Positions 13,408-27,575 of a stretch of DNA of 64,000 nucleotides are shown here, piece by piece. How positions within the stretch are numbered: the stretch's first letter is position 1; each line of letters begins with the position of its first letter. Where the stretch lies: positions 186,001 to 250,000 of the forward strand of contig JAAOMT010000630.1 in assembly GCA_016748015.1 (NCBI GenBank), in the 5' to 3' direction. This DNA comes from Geosiphon pyriformis uo1 (lineage: Eukaryota; Fungi; Glomeromycota). The notes below the pieces were generated by a model that saw only the letters and a program-made list of their open reading frames with translations, made no database searches and was not told the origin of the DNA. The translations under genes were made by a program, and so were the position numbers.

Positions 13408-15367
13408 TGGAATAAAAAAAATAATAAGAAGCCAGAACCAGAACACAAATGATCCAATCTGATTAACACTGAACTAATTGAAGCTTCCAAAGACGTCATC
13501 TTTGACTCTAATTCACCCATCTTGGTGGTTAGAATCTTGGAGCTACTTGAACTAAAACCAGAAGTATTATCAACAACAGCAAAAAAAGAGGGAGCAGAAA
13601 GCTCTGGCACACCATCTAAAACCATATCCAAGTTAACTTCTGGAGCCAAAGGTGTAGAAACAGTCAAAGAAAACTTATAAGAAACAGGTGGCAAAAGCAC
13701 TAGTTCCACAAAGCTCAACTTTCTCACAATATCAGAAATCTGATTGGTTAAAAGCTCTAAAGACCATTCCAAAGACGCCAAGCAATCAAACAAACTAGAG
13801 ACACCATAGGAATTGGCACTGTTAGAAGAGGACCAAGCACCAATAGAAGATTTAGTACCAGAAGATAGACCAGTACCTAAAAGAGACAAAGAACCCAAAA
13901 GAAAAGAGGAACCACCCGCAACTTGAGCCCAAGTTTTGCCACCAAAAAAAACCAGACAAATGATAAGTGTCTGCTTTTTTTATAAATATTGGCCAGGCAA
14001 ATCCAATCTTAATCAGTCATCACCTACTTCCCATGAACTTCAGAATTTCTACCAACTGAACACATATCAGAAACATGACCAAATTGTTTACATTTGGCAC
14101 AACATGCCAATGAAAGACTAGCCCAGCACAAACTCACACTCTTAAAAACTGGAACAGAACCAATAGCAGCCAACTTGGATGTTTCATCCTCAAAACAAAT
14201 AACAGTGCACCTATCTTGTACATAAGACACAGAATTATGGCCAATAAAACAGGTTTTCCCACCATAAGCCTCCACCAAAATAGAAAGATCATGGGCTGTG
14301 GTGCCAACTGGAAGAATATAAAGCAAAGCCTAATGCTGATCTCTAAACACCCACATTTGTTTGTCCTCATTTGCCAAAGCCACATGCACAGAATTTTTTC
14401 CCATGAACACTGACCATTTAGAAACAACCAAACTGGCCACCTTAGATGACTCAAACTCTATAAAGGCCTTCTGTCAAAGTCCAATCAACTGCATCTTAAT
14501 CAAAATAATCTTGCCAAATTTGGAGAAAACCGATTCCACTGCTGATCTGGGAAGATCCACTGGGATCTCCTTGACAATTACCTCTTGATTTGACCAGCTG
14601 TTTACCTTTCTAAGATCATCATTAACAAGAATTTTATTACCAATCACCAGCACTTTAGCCTTATTCAAATTAGATTCTAATATAAAAGATGATTTGATAA
14701 TCTCAGGAAATTTTGAGGAAGTGAAAGCACCCCCAAAACCATTCACTTGATAAAAAATTTTTTTTATTGAAATTAATTTATCACCAACTAACTTGCCAAA
14801 CACTGCAGAAAGCTCAATATCAAGCACGAAAGATTTTGTCGAATTAAAACACCACATTTTCAGGACACATGATTTAAGTGGTGGCACCTAATTGGACTTG
14901 ATATTTACACGAAGAGGAAGCTTCAGCACAACATTATCATCACTTATACTTTTGAAAGAAGGTTGTCTCAGTGAGTTACCCAGCACATATGTCCAAGTGC
15001 AAGTCTTTCTCAGCGTAGCATTGTTCATGTTATTGTCCTCACCTGATTCCATGTAACTGGTCTCCTCAGCCACTGTGTTTGCCATGTTTTCTACATCCAA
15101 GAAATCACTTACACTGCCAACAACACTGCCAATCTCACTTTCTTAGAACATCTCAGACTTGATGCCGACATTACTAATATTTTCCATGCTTAACGGACCA
15201 GCAGATGAGTCAATCACATCACCAGCTACAGGCTTCTTTGGCTTCTTGTAGAATGCACTATGTGAGTAGACCATATTCACATGCTTATTTTTTGCACTTT
15301 GGTGGGTCCTTAAACCAGCCAAAATCAAACCCGAACCACCAGCAGAAGAGCTCATTGGTTCTATCAT
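13404..15367 (-). pseudogene. LINE ORF1 (RRM-like domains plus CCHC knuckle)
   Basis: EVIVKEIPVDL...FSKFGKI and CAKCKQFGHVSDMC. Confidence 0.85.
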
Positions 15368-15643
15368 GACAAATGGAAGTATGATAGAAGAAATAGCTAA
15401 TAGAGACTAAGGGAAAGAAAGAAAGAAAAGCGACTTTTTCAAAGTTATCAATGCTCTTATCATGGTCAGGAGATTAACAAGAGAAAGATTTTTATTATTA
15501 TTAGTTTTTTTTTTTTTTTTTATTTAATTAATGAGTGAGATCTAAATGCAACCTAGTGCTATGCATCATACAAATGATTCAAACTAGGTGCAAATCATGT
15601 GCTTTCTACACGTGACCAGCCACTCGGGCCAGTCAGGACTACA

Positions 15644-18600
15644 CTATACACCTATATGCACAGAAACTGAATCTCCAATACCTAAAAAAAATGGACAAAA
15701 CTTACGAAACCCGAAACCAACTCCAAAAGCCTCAGCCACTCTCAGCAACCTAACCACACCAGCCGAAAACACCATAGGCAAACCAGAAACTAAAACAGGA
15801 GCGGAGCCATCACGTGGAATCAAACTGTGCTTTTCCATAAATGCTTGGTGTCTGGCCCAAACCAATCAAACATCATCCCGAAATGCTAGACAAAATTCAT
15901 GCACAAAGCTCACAATCCTCTTAGCACCCTCCTTAGAATCTTTAAAGACCGAGACAGACTCACGAAGCCATTCATTGAAAACAAAGCCCTTACACAGAGC
16001 AACACCAACTTCAACCTCAGAAACACAAGAAGCCAAGGCCTGTAAGACACATGAAGAAGAGCGAGAAAGACCAGAAAGAGCCTCCCAAGCTGAAACATGT
16101 GCGCCCAACAAACGAGCATGGCCAACGGCATCCTAAGGACATGAAAAGACATGATCCGAGGTTTCAACGCCACCACAAAACAGACAGACCACACTGGAGT
16201 ATCTCCTATCATACAAATGCTTGCATACAGCAATAGGAAGCCGATGATGGAGAGCCTTCATAAAGTAAGTACAACAGCCTGCCATGCACATGCTGATAAA
16301 ACTGGATGCCAAGTGAGAATTGGGGTGCCACACCATAGAAGACTTAGACCAATTGATATCAGCACGCAAACTATCATCCACAACACGAGAACCCACTCCA
16401 ATCTCCCAACGAGCTCGATAAACTGACCGGAAAACATCACAAACAAAGTGTCTAGAATTACCAGAAACTGCCGTACTACCAGCATATAGAAAACGTTCAC
16501 TGACTAAATAAGGTAGGTGCCAAGCAGAGAGAACAGCACTTTTGGCAAGCGCATCAGCATGCTCGTTGCCTGAGACACCTAAATAACCTTTCACCTTAAC
16601 CCAATTCACATCCAAATTCTTTTGACGGATGACAATGGCAATGTAATGACGCTCAATCCAACAGCGGTTTCTAAAATCCAGACAAACCAGTGAAGACTCC
16701 AACCTACATGCATCCAAAGCAGCCTGGCTATCTGAAAACAAGTCAATTGAACGAGAAAAAAGAACACACTCAAGGGCCAAAGCTATGGCTTGTAGTTCTG
16801 TTAGAGTAGAAGAAACCAAACCAGACACCCCAACACCCAAACCCAAGTTAATGTCCTCAAAAAAAACGGCAGCACCTGCTCTTATGTCAACAGTGTCCAG
16901 ACCAAAAAGAGATCCATCCGTATACACAGAAAGGCGGGCAGCATCAATGGTCGGCAAAGTGTTACAAATCACACCAAAATCATGAGAAAGATGAATATCA
17001 GACACAGCATGACCATCCACCAAAGAAGAACTTGAGGAGAGAGGCGCAACACTACCAAGAAAGCGAACAGAAAGATTAAACCAGAAAGGAACTGGGCCAC
17101 AAGGGTCCAGCCTCTTCCAACGCTTGAAGGTCCCCCAACTGAAAACATCACTATTACGGTCACGAAGCTGTTCCACGAAAGCAATTCCATAATGCCTGAG
17201 TGAAGAGATGTACTTGAAAAAACAGAATTTACCAAGAACTAAAGACATAGGAGTACTGCACCGATGACGAAAAGCACAAGCTAGAGGGCCTTCCAAAGAC
17301 AAATCACATCCAGAAAAAATGCGAACCACACCCGCCAAAAAATTATCCAAGGGACTGATACCAACATGAGCCGGGAACAGTAAGGGATGACGAGGATGCC
17401 AGCTGAGAATCTGGAGGTTATGAGACCTATAATAAAACAAGCAACCCAAGACACCAGTAGAATTTGCAAAAGCAACAACAGAGACTGATTTACTCTCAGC
17501 CTGGATCTGTTCAAAAGTTTTTAAATTGTACAAAGAGGGGTGATAAAGTGCATCACTAGGAAAATCACATGGCAATCCAGACTTGGACTTTAAGACCTTG
17601 CATACCAAAGCATCCCATTTACAACAAACACCAACAGAAACAAAACTGAACTGAGTCCTGTAGCTGATGATAGGGAAAAAAACTGCAGACACCAAATATG
17701 CACACTGTTTGTCCGAAATCGCCTTTCTCAAAACAAGATTCACAAAAAACCATACATCAGCCTGAGCTTTAGCCAAGCTAGGCTTCGAAAGACCCTCAGA
17801 AGACAAAAAAATACCCAAATAGCGATAAGATTCCCCTCTCTTGGCAATAGAAATAGGTGCACCACTGATAGTTAAATAAGGATCCAGTACCCAGCAATTG
17901 ATGGGGATGGCCACTGTTTTGTCATTGTTTACAGAAATATCATTAAACCTAAAAAACTCACTAGCAACATCAAGAATGCATTGTGTAGCAGCCTGGCTGC
18001 TACCAACCCAAATAGTATCATCAACAAAAGCACCGGCAGCAAGAAATAAAGACAGCCCAGCTTGAGAATCCACCCGGCCAGTTCTTGATATGAAATGAGA
18101 ATTCAATCTGTAGCCATACACACTATCCTGTCTCTTGACCTTGCACAAAAGTGAATCATAAAAAATTCACCAGAGAAGAGGCGAGAAGACTTCTCCCTAA
18201 TCCAGCCTATCGTGGACACAATACCCATCAGTTAAGCCAAAGTCAGTCATCACTTTGTTGACATGACCATTGTGAATGCTGCCAAAAAATCTAATAAACC
18301 TGTCACACATTTTGATCCTGACTAGACTCCTCCTAAGATGTTCTCAACCAACTGAGTCATAAGCCTTGTGTATGTCCTGTAAAACCAGCCAAAGTTTATG
18401 GTTCTTTTCCAAGGCATCCTCAACCACAGAACCGATAGCAAAAATGAGAGATTGCATCGTTGTACCCTTCAAAACTGAAAAATTGTCCCCATGAAGAACA
18501 TCAAAAGTGCTGCAAGCCAAAGAGATCTTATCTGAAAGGATCTTGGAGAGAATCTTGCAGGCCGTTTCAATTAAAGCTATAAGATGGGTGTTCGTGAGAA

Positions 18601-20331
18601 CTCCCTCCCATTCATATGGTTTAGGAATCATCGAAACCCAAGCTTCTCTCCAAGGCTCAGGGACCAACTCGCCAACCAAACAGAAATTCAAGAGCACCAA
18701 AAGCATATCCAAAACAGATTTGTCACAATGTTTCTATAATTTGTTGGAGATACCAGAAAGACCAGCCGCTTTCCCATCAGGAAGATTCTTAACAACAGCT
18801 GACAACTCATCAAAACTAATTGAACACATGACATCAGAGAAAGCACCATCAAACATGTAATCCAGAGGCCAATATTGATGAGCCCAATCCTCAGACAAGT
18901 TAGACACCACCTCATGTTTTCTGGTCCATCCCTCTATAATTTCATCCACCTTAGATTTAACCAAAACAGGCTCTAAAATCAACTCATCTTCTATAACCAA
19001 ATGATCCAGGACCACCTTGCGAAAAGAATGCTCCAGAACACTCCCAATGGTGTGACCTTTGTTCAGCTCAAAACTTTCCATCCTCTTACCAATAGTCTGC
19101 TTTATCGAGGATTCTTCAGCGCGCTTGGATTCCACTAATTTGAAGGAGCAGTATGATTTTCTTGTCTTGGCCAGTGCAGAATGAATAAGATCAAAATTAG
19201 AACCTAAAAGAAACAGAGACTTAACTACCAATGCACCAGGGGAGTCGAGTCTGTGCCACACCTCCAACAAAGAAGCAAAACCATCACTAGAAGCCAAACG
19301 CGAAGCCTTGACCAACTTAAAAACCAGCAGCTCCAGCTTGTGAAACCTAGAAGAAGTCTTAGTAAACACGCCATCAAAACCTTTGAACCATTTCTTCTTA
19401 AATGTACCACCCGCTGAAAGAACCAAAATCTTGCAAACAATGTCCCACATAGCGTCCACATCTGAAAATCTTACTGCCACACCAAAAGCATTCAAGAACA
19501 TAGAGACATTAGCAGCTGAGGCATCCCTGAACTCCAACCACTTAGCTTCACTGGCACTATTGACATCAAACTTCCAATGGTCTTTATTCACTTGCTTGCA
19601 AAGAGAATTCAAACACGTATCCAAGAGCCCGCCCAAACCCAAATCCACTGAAACAGCTTGATGGTCCGTGTCAAAATGCTCACTGACATTCAAAACTTCA
19701 TGACGTACTATCACATTGACAAGACTCGAGGAGACAAACACGTAATCAATTGTTTTCTTAACACCTCTAGAATTTTCCCAAGTGGGCATTTTTGCAGCCG
19801 GGCTACTAACTAAAGAATTAACCAGACCCAAATCAAAGCATCTTTTGAAACTTGCACTTTTATGAGAGCCGTCTTCATTAAAATCACCACCGAGAATAAT
19901 AAAAGAAGATTCGTTGACAGTCTTCACAATGAGAGAATTGATTTCACCAGCCTGAGAGAACCAAACCACTGAAGAAGCACCAGCATAAAGCCCCAAAATT
20001 GACACAGAAAGTTTACTCTTGAAAAGTAATTTAATAGAAAGAAGCCAACCAGGCACCTCAGAAACCCTGCACACATAATGAGCCAAAAAAACATCCATGA
20101 TAACAGCAACATCCGCACCCAAGTGACCAGAGTCCAAACCAGAAGTGAACACTCGGACACCATCGAACTTGTCTGCAATCCACGGACAAACCCTACTTCT
20201 TAATTTCGTTTCAGTAACAATAAAGACCAAATTGTTTATATCTTTATGCTATCTAATAATGTCCTCTTGCTTAGTGGGATTGTTCATGCCCTGACATTGC
20301 ACATAGCAATTCTCCAGACTAAACTGCTCAT
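15644..20331 (-). pseudogene. LINE ORF2 (APE-RT-RNase H-Zn finger)
   Basis: GGDFNED, IDYVFVS, DTDHQAV, QDIHKAYDSV, AFVDDTIW, VYTDGSL, FSDSQAAL, GNEHADALAK, CLFCGGVETSDHVFSC. Confidence 0.93.
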
Positions 20332-22112
20332 TGGGTGAGGGGTAAAGACACCGAAAGTGCACCTATACTATCCACTTTGGCCGAAAGGCCCAGAACCGTC
20401 TCCATTAGACATTTCATGCTGTCTTCCAGCTTAGACACCAAAGACATATCAAAAGACACCACTCCCACGACATTCCCACCACTAGTGGACACACCTAAAC
20501 CCTCATTCATTACTACATCCGTCCCTTGATCCTGTGATGAAGGGGTTACCAACGGCTGACATCCAGAGCTTGGCTGGAGAACCATTGGCCCAAGTGCATC
20601 CAACCTCTTAGCCAGCTTACCAACTTGCTCTGCGAGGCTGGCGAGACTGTGCTCAAGAGCAGTGAACCTATCGTTGACTTCCATCGCAACCTGTTGGGAT
20701 GGCTTCATCTCTGAAGAGGAGCCATTATTCACCACAATGTTCTGACTAGAAAGGGGGAGCGAAAAACACCCGTGAGCAACCTTTGCCCAAGAAAGACCAC
20801 CAAAAGAGACTGGACAGGCAACTGAAGCCGAGCATTTGGCATAGATGGCCGCTAGCCTGCTTTTATCTGTATCCAAGAAAACCCTACGCAGCAAACTACC
20901 AGAAGATAATTTCTCACCAACTGCACAACCCAATGACATGTGACCCAATTTCTTACACTTGGCGCATTTAGCAGAAATGAGGCAAGACCAGCGGAGATTG
21001 GTGTTCCTGAGTACTGGCGTAGTTCCCACAGCAGCATCCAATGATTCAGCAGAGTCAAAACAAACAACAACACACCTGGCCCAAGCATATATAACAGAAT
21101 GACAATCAATGATACACGTTTTCCCACTCACAGATCTAACAAAATCCCAGATATCATGAGCAGTGGTCCCTATCGGCAATGTGTAGAGCAGCACCCTATG
21201 TTGGTCCCTTACATCCCACACTTCCTTGTCTGAATCAGCCCTAGCCACATGTACAGCATCTTTCCCAATTAAGATGGACCATTCAGCTGTGGCCAAATCA
21301 GCTTGATCCGATCATTCGAATTCCACCATTGCCTTCTGTCACAGCCTGATCAACTGCATCTTGATCGCTTTAATAACTCCAAACTCGGATAGCGCAGCAC
21401 GCACAGCCTCAGCCAATGTTCCAACTGGAATTTCTCTCACGACCACAGCCCGATCTGATCGCCCAGATGATTTCTTAAGATCGGTGTTTACCATGATATT
21501 CGCACCAGTAGTCTTTTCAGTGGCCTTTATTAGACCCAATTCGGAAGTGAATGTTGCTCTGATGATCCCTGAGAATTTTGAGGGGGTAGACACCCCCCCA
21601 AAACCATTAATTCCAGAAAATAAACTTCTGATCTTCTTGAACTTTTCCTGGGTCAAATTTCCTTCTACTGCTTTCAGATCCAAATCCAAAGCAAATGACT
21701 TTCTAACCAAAACATTGACCAGGTTCTTAAGAGGAGGGGAAAGCACCAGAGGGGCATCCAGAAGAACATCATCATTATCATTGTCATCCAGGAAGTCAAT
21801 TTTTCCCAAAGGTTTTCCCAATGCTTTCTTAGTTGTTAACCGCAAACCTTTCGGCGTTTAATCCAAATCTCCACCAACAAGTGCACCACCTTCACCATAA
21901 TCAAAACTTGTCTTCTCAACAAGACATTCCTCTTCCATATCAACACTGTCAGATTCTGTGGTATCACCAGTCTCCGAACCCCATGAATGACCACTTTGCA
22001 CCTTAGCAGAACCCTTATCAGCACCAGTATTGTCCTTAAGAACACCACCCCTTCTTTTTTTCCTCAACAGAACAGTCTTGAAACCACCCTCAGAGCCAGA
22101 ACTTTTAACCAT
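20328..22112 (-). pseudogene. LINE ORF1
   Basis: VVVREIPVGT...LSEFGVI (RRM-like), CAKCKKLGHMSLGC, and a coiled-coil-like tail. Confidence 0.88.
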
Positions 22113-22769
22113 CTGTTTTATGACAGCAATACTAGAGCCAACAATGGCCTCATAATCAAGCAGAAATGGTTTGGATTTATCGTACTGAATAGTAAAAAAC
22201 TTCTCCCAAAAAACTTTTTGACTTTTTTTTTTAGGATTTGTGGAGGAACGAGAGAAGAAGTTTTTTTTATTTTATTAATTTTTTTTTAGTTTTTTAAGTT
22301 ATTTTTGTTGTTGTAATTTTAATTGTTTTATGTTAATTTAAAATAATTTTTCAATAACAACATAATAATTTTTAGTGGTAAGAATTAAGTTGAATTTCAG
22401 AAATGAATGTTCAATTATTTTTATAAAATTTGAAATTATTTGGAATAACTCTTGTTAAAAAATATTATTGTAAATAATTTCAATTTAAATAATTATTTAA
22501 TATAATAAGATAATTATTTAAATTATAAAAAGTAATATTGAATTTTTTGATTCTTTTTAGCAAATAAATATTTGGAATAGAAATTTTATGTTTTTTGCAA
22601 ATTTGTTTATTTAATTTAAAAATTTGTTGGGTAATAATAAATGTTGGGCAAATATATGTTTTATGAATTTTTCCAAAAAATAAAATAGTAATTGTTTTTG
22701 ATAACTTAAGAATTTGATGAGATTTATTTTGTATATTAAAAACTACATTTACTGAAATTATAAATTGTC

Positions 22770-23190
22770 TAATTAAATCAAAATTTTGAATTTTTTTTTT
22801 ACTTTTACTGAGTTTTTTTCAATTTTTAACTAATTGCAGATCCAAAATATTAATTAAAATAAGTAAATAGCTTAGGCAATTTTTTTAGCATGTTTAATTG
22901 TAAAAAAAATTTTGGTTTTATTTTAGATTATTATTGTAATATTTTTTATATCAATAATTTTTTTTCTAATATTGATTCTTTTACTTGCAAGTAATAATTA
23001 AAAAACAATTTGTATTATTGCTTCTAATAGCAATTTTAAGATTAATTTTGATTAAAAAATTTGGTTGTAATGTTAAAGTGTCTTTTTTTGAATATTGTAG
23101 ATTATATCTAACATCAATTTTATGAGTTTTTTTGGCTTAATTTCTTGTTTATTGTTGTCAAAGTATTTAAAAAATAAAGCAGATTGATTT
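22770..23190 (-). pseudogene. Decayed dUTPase domain of the family B element (minus-strand copy)
   Basis: Reverse complement of ~30735-31165. The relic translation aligns by eye to the intact dUTPase at 45417-46098. Confidence 0.7.
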
Positions 23191-26100
23191 TTAATAAAAC
23201 AGATTGGAATTGTTAAAACTTTTTTTTTCAATTTTTCCAAATTCAATTTTTTTTTAATTATCTTTTATAAATAATAGTATACTGAAAGCATAGTATTTAA
23301 ACATTATATATTATTACAAAACATAATGTATTCTTTATAAAGCTGAATATTTATTTGTTTAATCATTAAATTTGGATTTTTTTGAAGAGTAAGCATGACT
23401 AAAAGTTAGATAGTAAAGTTTTACTTTATTTTTATAATTAAATCTGGCTAATTTTATTATGTATTTAATGTATTTTACTTCTTTTATTTGATGAATATTT
23501 TTTTTGTTTTTCTATTAATTAGAATTATAGTTAGTTTATAAATTATTTTGGCATTATATAGTTAATAATAAAGTTTTTTAAAAGCACTATTATAGACTGT
23601 AGTGAATGATGTTTTTTTTTACTTTCTTAGAAATAAAAAGTACATATTGACAGATTTAATTATAGACTTTTTTTTTATTGCAATATTAATTTAGTTGTAT
23701 TCTTTTGGTAGTAATTTTTTATATGTAAAACAGAATATGTTGTTTTATTTTTTACTTTATTTTGAACTGTTTAATTGTTTTTGGTAACAGATTTTATAAT
23801 AGTAACAAATAAGAGTTTTATATTTTTTTTTGGTAATATGTAAACTTTTATAAATAAAAGCTTTTTGTTATAATTTTTGCATTTGAGTAGAATATAAAGT
23901 GGTTGTTTTTTTGGTTTTGGTTTTGAGTATAAAATATATTAACTATTAACTAATTTATTTATGAAAATAGACTATTAACTAATTTTTTTAGATTATAATA
24001 ATATTGATTATAATATAGATGTTTTGAATAATTGCTTAGTTTTTTCAGCCTAATTAGACCAAAAGTTAAGTGTCATATAAGTTTTAATTATTGGTTTTTT
24101 TTTCTCTTTAAATTTAAAAACTAGAACTTTTTTAAATTATTTATTAAAAGTATTATAAGTAACAAGTACTTTAGTGAATTAATTTTAATAAAAAATTTCT
24201 AATTCTTGGGTTTTTTAATCTAAATTTGCATTGACTTTAAGAAACCAATCATTTTTAATGAGAGCTTAATATTAAGATACATTTATAACAAAAACTTTAA
24301 TTAGAATAGTAATTCTATTAACTGTAAACAAAAAGTTGTCAATTTTTTCTATTAGTGTTTTTATTATACTATAAATAATAACAATAATTGTTTAAGCAGA
24401 TCTGTTAATGTTTTGCTTAAATTATTGTATTAACTAATAAACAATAATGTTTTTAGCTAATTTATTATCTAAAATTAATCAAAATTTTTTTTTCAATTTT
24501 GGCTTTAATATATATTGTTATAATAACTTTTTATTCTAAAACTACTGTATTAGTAAGTAAAAAAAGTAATTTATTGGCTTTAAATTCGAATAAAAATATG
24601 TTTAAAATATTGGCATTTTTAGCAATTTTTGTTGATAAAATTGTAGTGTTGTTATAAAAAAAAATTTGTTATTGTATTATAACTTTATTTTCTAAGAGTA
24701 CAATATAGTAAAAATTTTGGTCTTTTAATATTGTAAAATAACTTGATTAAGTATGAAAATGTTTGGGTGATTGTTAATTATTATTACAAAATATTAATTA
24801 ATTATTGAAATCAAATCTGTTATTATTTAACTAAAAATAGTTTTATAATATAAATTGGTTGAGTTAAACCAATTGTTTTACTAATAATTAATAATTTTAG
24901 ACTGGAAATTATTAATAGTATTGTTGTGGTTGTTGTAGAACAGACTAATAATATATAGACTAAAATCTTAATAGATAATAGTAGATTATAAAATTGTTAT
25001 TGTTAGAAAAAATAATGTTAATTATTTTGTTATTGTTAGTTTTTTTGCATTTTTTAGCAATTTTGTTTTCAATATTAAAAATTTTACAATAATAGCAGTT
25101 TAATTGTTGAAATTAATTGTTAAATAATAAGAAATTTTCTTAATTTTGTCATTAAAATAGTTAATACTTTTATTGTTGGTTAACAAAATATGTTTCAACT
25201 TTTTTTGTAAGTTGATTAATTTTTTTTTTAGCTGCTAAGCTGGTTTTTTCAATTGCCAAATTGACAAATTTAGTATAATAGGCTTTTTTTATTGCTATTT
25301 TATAGTTTTTAGTATATTAAATAGCAGTAATTAAATTTTTTAAAACATGTAGTTAAACTTTTTAATAAGTTTGTTTTTGAGTTCAGTAATAAATTAATCT
25401 AAAACTTAAGTATTAAAATAATAAGTATTGGTTTTCAACTGGTAGATTTTTTTAATAAGTTTATTAAACTTTTTAATATAAATTATAACAGATTCAAATA
25501 GTTTTTGTTTAATGTTTTAAAAACAATTTTGAAAAGTAATTAAAGTATTATTATTAATAAATTGTCTGAAAAAAGCAGTTTTAAAAGCTTGCCAATTTGC
25601 AAAAAAAATGGCCAAATTTTTAAACTATTTGTCTGCAATTCTTTTAAAAAAATAAAAAATTGCTTATAGTATTTTTTTTGCAGTCTATTCATTAGTGTTT
25701 TTTGCTTTGGTAATTTGGTTAAGCCATTTTTAAAAACTGGTTTTAGTGTTTTTTTGGAAAAATCAGGAATTTTTACAATATAAGTGATTGCTATTTTTTG
25801 TTTTTTTTATAATTGGTAATTTCTGTTTTCTTATTTTTTTTTTTCAATAAGTTTAAAAATGTTTTCTTTATTGCTAGTGTTTTTAAGTATTTGCTTTAGT
25901 TTTTTGCTAAAAAATCAAAAAAATTAGTATTAATATAGATTAGTTTTAACTATTGAATTGGATTTTTGGTAAAGTTTTCTGGTTTTGAAAATCAATTAAG
26001 TGGTGAATTTAGTATTTGTACTTAAGCAAACAAAGCTAAAAAAAATGTAATTAAAAGTGGTAATTTAGAACCAGTTTTTTATTCAAGTGTTTACAAATAT

Positions 26101-26512
26101 TAAAAAATTGTTTCTAGTATATTAAAAGTTGTAAAAATTGGTTGAATGGTATTTTTGTTTTTGTTGGTTGTTTTGGATTTAGACTTAAGTTCAAAAACAA
26201 ATTGTGAGTCAGCAGAATATTTTTCTTTACAAAATTTAATAATATTGCAGTTAAGTTTTTTAAAATAAGTAGTGCAAATATCTACACTAATATTTTTTGA
26301 ATCTTTATTTAAATAGTAAATTAAATTTTTAAGAAGATTTTGCTTGACTTCTATAATGCTGTAATTTCCAAAAAAATAATTATTGATTTAGTTTTTGATG
26401 TATTAAAAGAGAGTGTTTTTAAAAGTTTTAATTCCATCTCAAATTCCAAATTGTTATTTGCAATAAATATAAATTAACTAATAGTACTCTAGAGTTGTTA
26501 TATCTAATGCAG

Positions 26513-27564
26513 TATTATTAGCCAAAATTTAAGATATTATTTAGCATAAAATTATTTTTTTAATTTTTATTATTAATTAACATATATTATTATTTTAATT
26601 TATTATATATTATCTTATTAAATTATCTGAATTATAATTTAATTAATAATTTAATTTGTTTAAAACATAAATAAAACCAAATTGCAATGATTAAATTATA
26701 CAATACACCAAATTATATAACATTCAGAATTTGCCAAAATATTTAGTAATTTGATAAAATATTTAACAGTTTACCAAAATAATTTATAGTTTGCAGAAAT
26801 AACTTTAATTTAATAAAATATATCTTTAATTTGCCAAAATATTAGAAAAAAAAAGAGTGCTAGATTATAGAATAGTATTATAATAAGTTATATAAAAAAA
26901 CTTTTTTTTTCGAGAAAATATATTTTAGCTAAAATTTATTTTAATTGATATTTTTTTTAGTATATTTTATACAAATTAATTCCAATAAAACTTACTTTGA
27001 AAAACATAAAAATTTGTAACTATTTCTATTAAAAAATTAACCATTCTATATTAGTATTTTGAAATTGATTAGTTATCAATTACAATAACTGTTAGTAACT
27101 TTTAGATCTGAATTCAAAACAACTTTCTTAACACATTTTTTTATTTATTTTTTTAGTTTTTTAGTTTTTTTTTATATTATTGAGTAGTTTACAGTTAAAA
27201 TTTTTTGTAAAAAAGTTGACTTTTATGGCAAAGTAATTACACACATTTTTAAAGAGCTTATAGATAAGATTTCTTGTAAAAAATTTAACTTTTACTATAA
27301 AGTAATTACACATATTTTTAAAGAGCTAACAAACAAAATTTTTCTGTAAAAAAATCGACTTTTATCACAAAATAACTATATAAGTAATTGGCATAAAATT
27401 GGTTATTCTATTATAAATTCAATAGTATATATAATTCAAAGTATAAAGAAATATTTTAAAAAAAATCAACTTATCAAAAATTTATTAACTTTTATTAACA
27501 GCAAAATTAACAGCAAGATAACATTAACAACATTTAGAAAAAGATAAAAAAACCTCCAATAACA
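26513..27564 (+). repeat. 5' LTR, family B
   Basis: Reverse-complement homologue of the 2566-4454 and 6104-7085 LTRs. Ends ...ccaataaca. Confidence 0.85.
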
Positions 27565-27566
27565 TT

Positions 27567-27575
27567 TGGTGCTCT
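27567..27575 (+). promoter_or_regulatory. Primer binding site (TGGTGCTCT)
   Basis: TGG lies 2 nt after the LTR end and is complementary to a tRNA ending -GAGCACCA. Confidence 0.65.

Larger units (their letters stand above)
8590..15500 (-). mobile_element. Full-length LINE copy 1 (APE-RT-RNase H type), pseudogenised
   Basis: Poly(A) at ~8584-8602, ORF1 and ORF2 fragments in correct order, 5' UTR similar to copy 3, and TSD TTAGTTTTTT at 8580-8589 and 15501-15510. Confidence 0.92.
15511..22285 (-). mobile_element. Full-length LINE copy 2, less decayed
   Basis: Poly(A) to 15521, long ORF pieces (671, 498 and 322 aa), and TSD TTAGTTTTTT at 15501-15510 and 22286-22295. Confidence 0.93.
2566..26512 (-). 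mobile_element. Decayed Ty3/gypsy element, family B (gag-PR-Cys-rich-dUTPase-RT-RH-INT-3'LTR), interrupted by two solo LTRs and two LINEs
   Basis: 3' LTR at 2566-4454. Relic minus-strand translations: INT end (~5390-5560), RH (IVYVSKTLK...YSVIKLEIAAVIW, ~7900-8000), RT (VVYFDNINI, ~8400-8430) and dUTPase (~22770-23190). The peptide reads continuously across the LINE pair (QQQK*LKK|LIIKYANIF). Confidence 0.75.

Noticed and set aside
15530-15645. tRNA gene or SINE in the LINE 3' UTR (TGGCCCGAGTGG and GTTTGAATC resemble A and B boxes)
   Set aside because: The B-box-like motif is not kept in copies 1 and 3, and I could not fold a cloverleaf. Treated as a structured UTR instead.
9792-22289. Many plus-strand ORFs opposite the LINEs (and minus-strand ORFs opposite copy 3)
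   Set aside because: These are shadow frames of LINE ORF1/ORF2 with no independent motifs.
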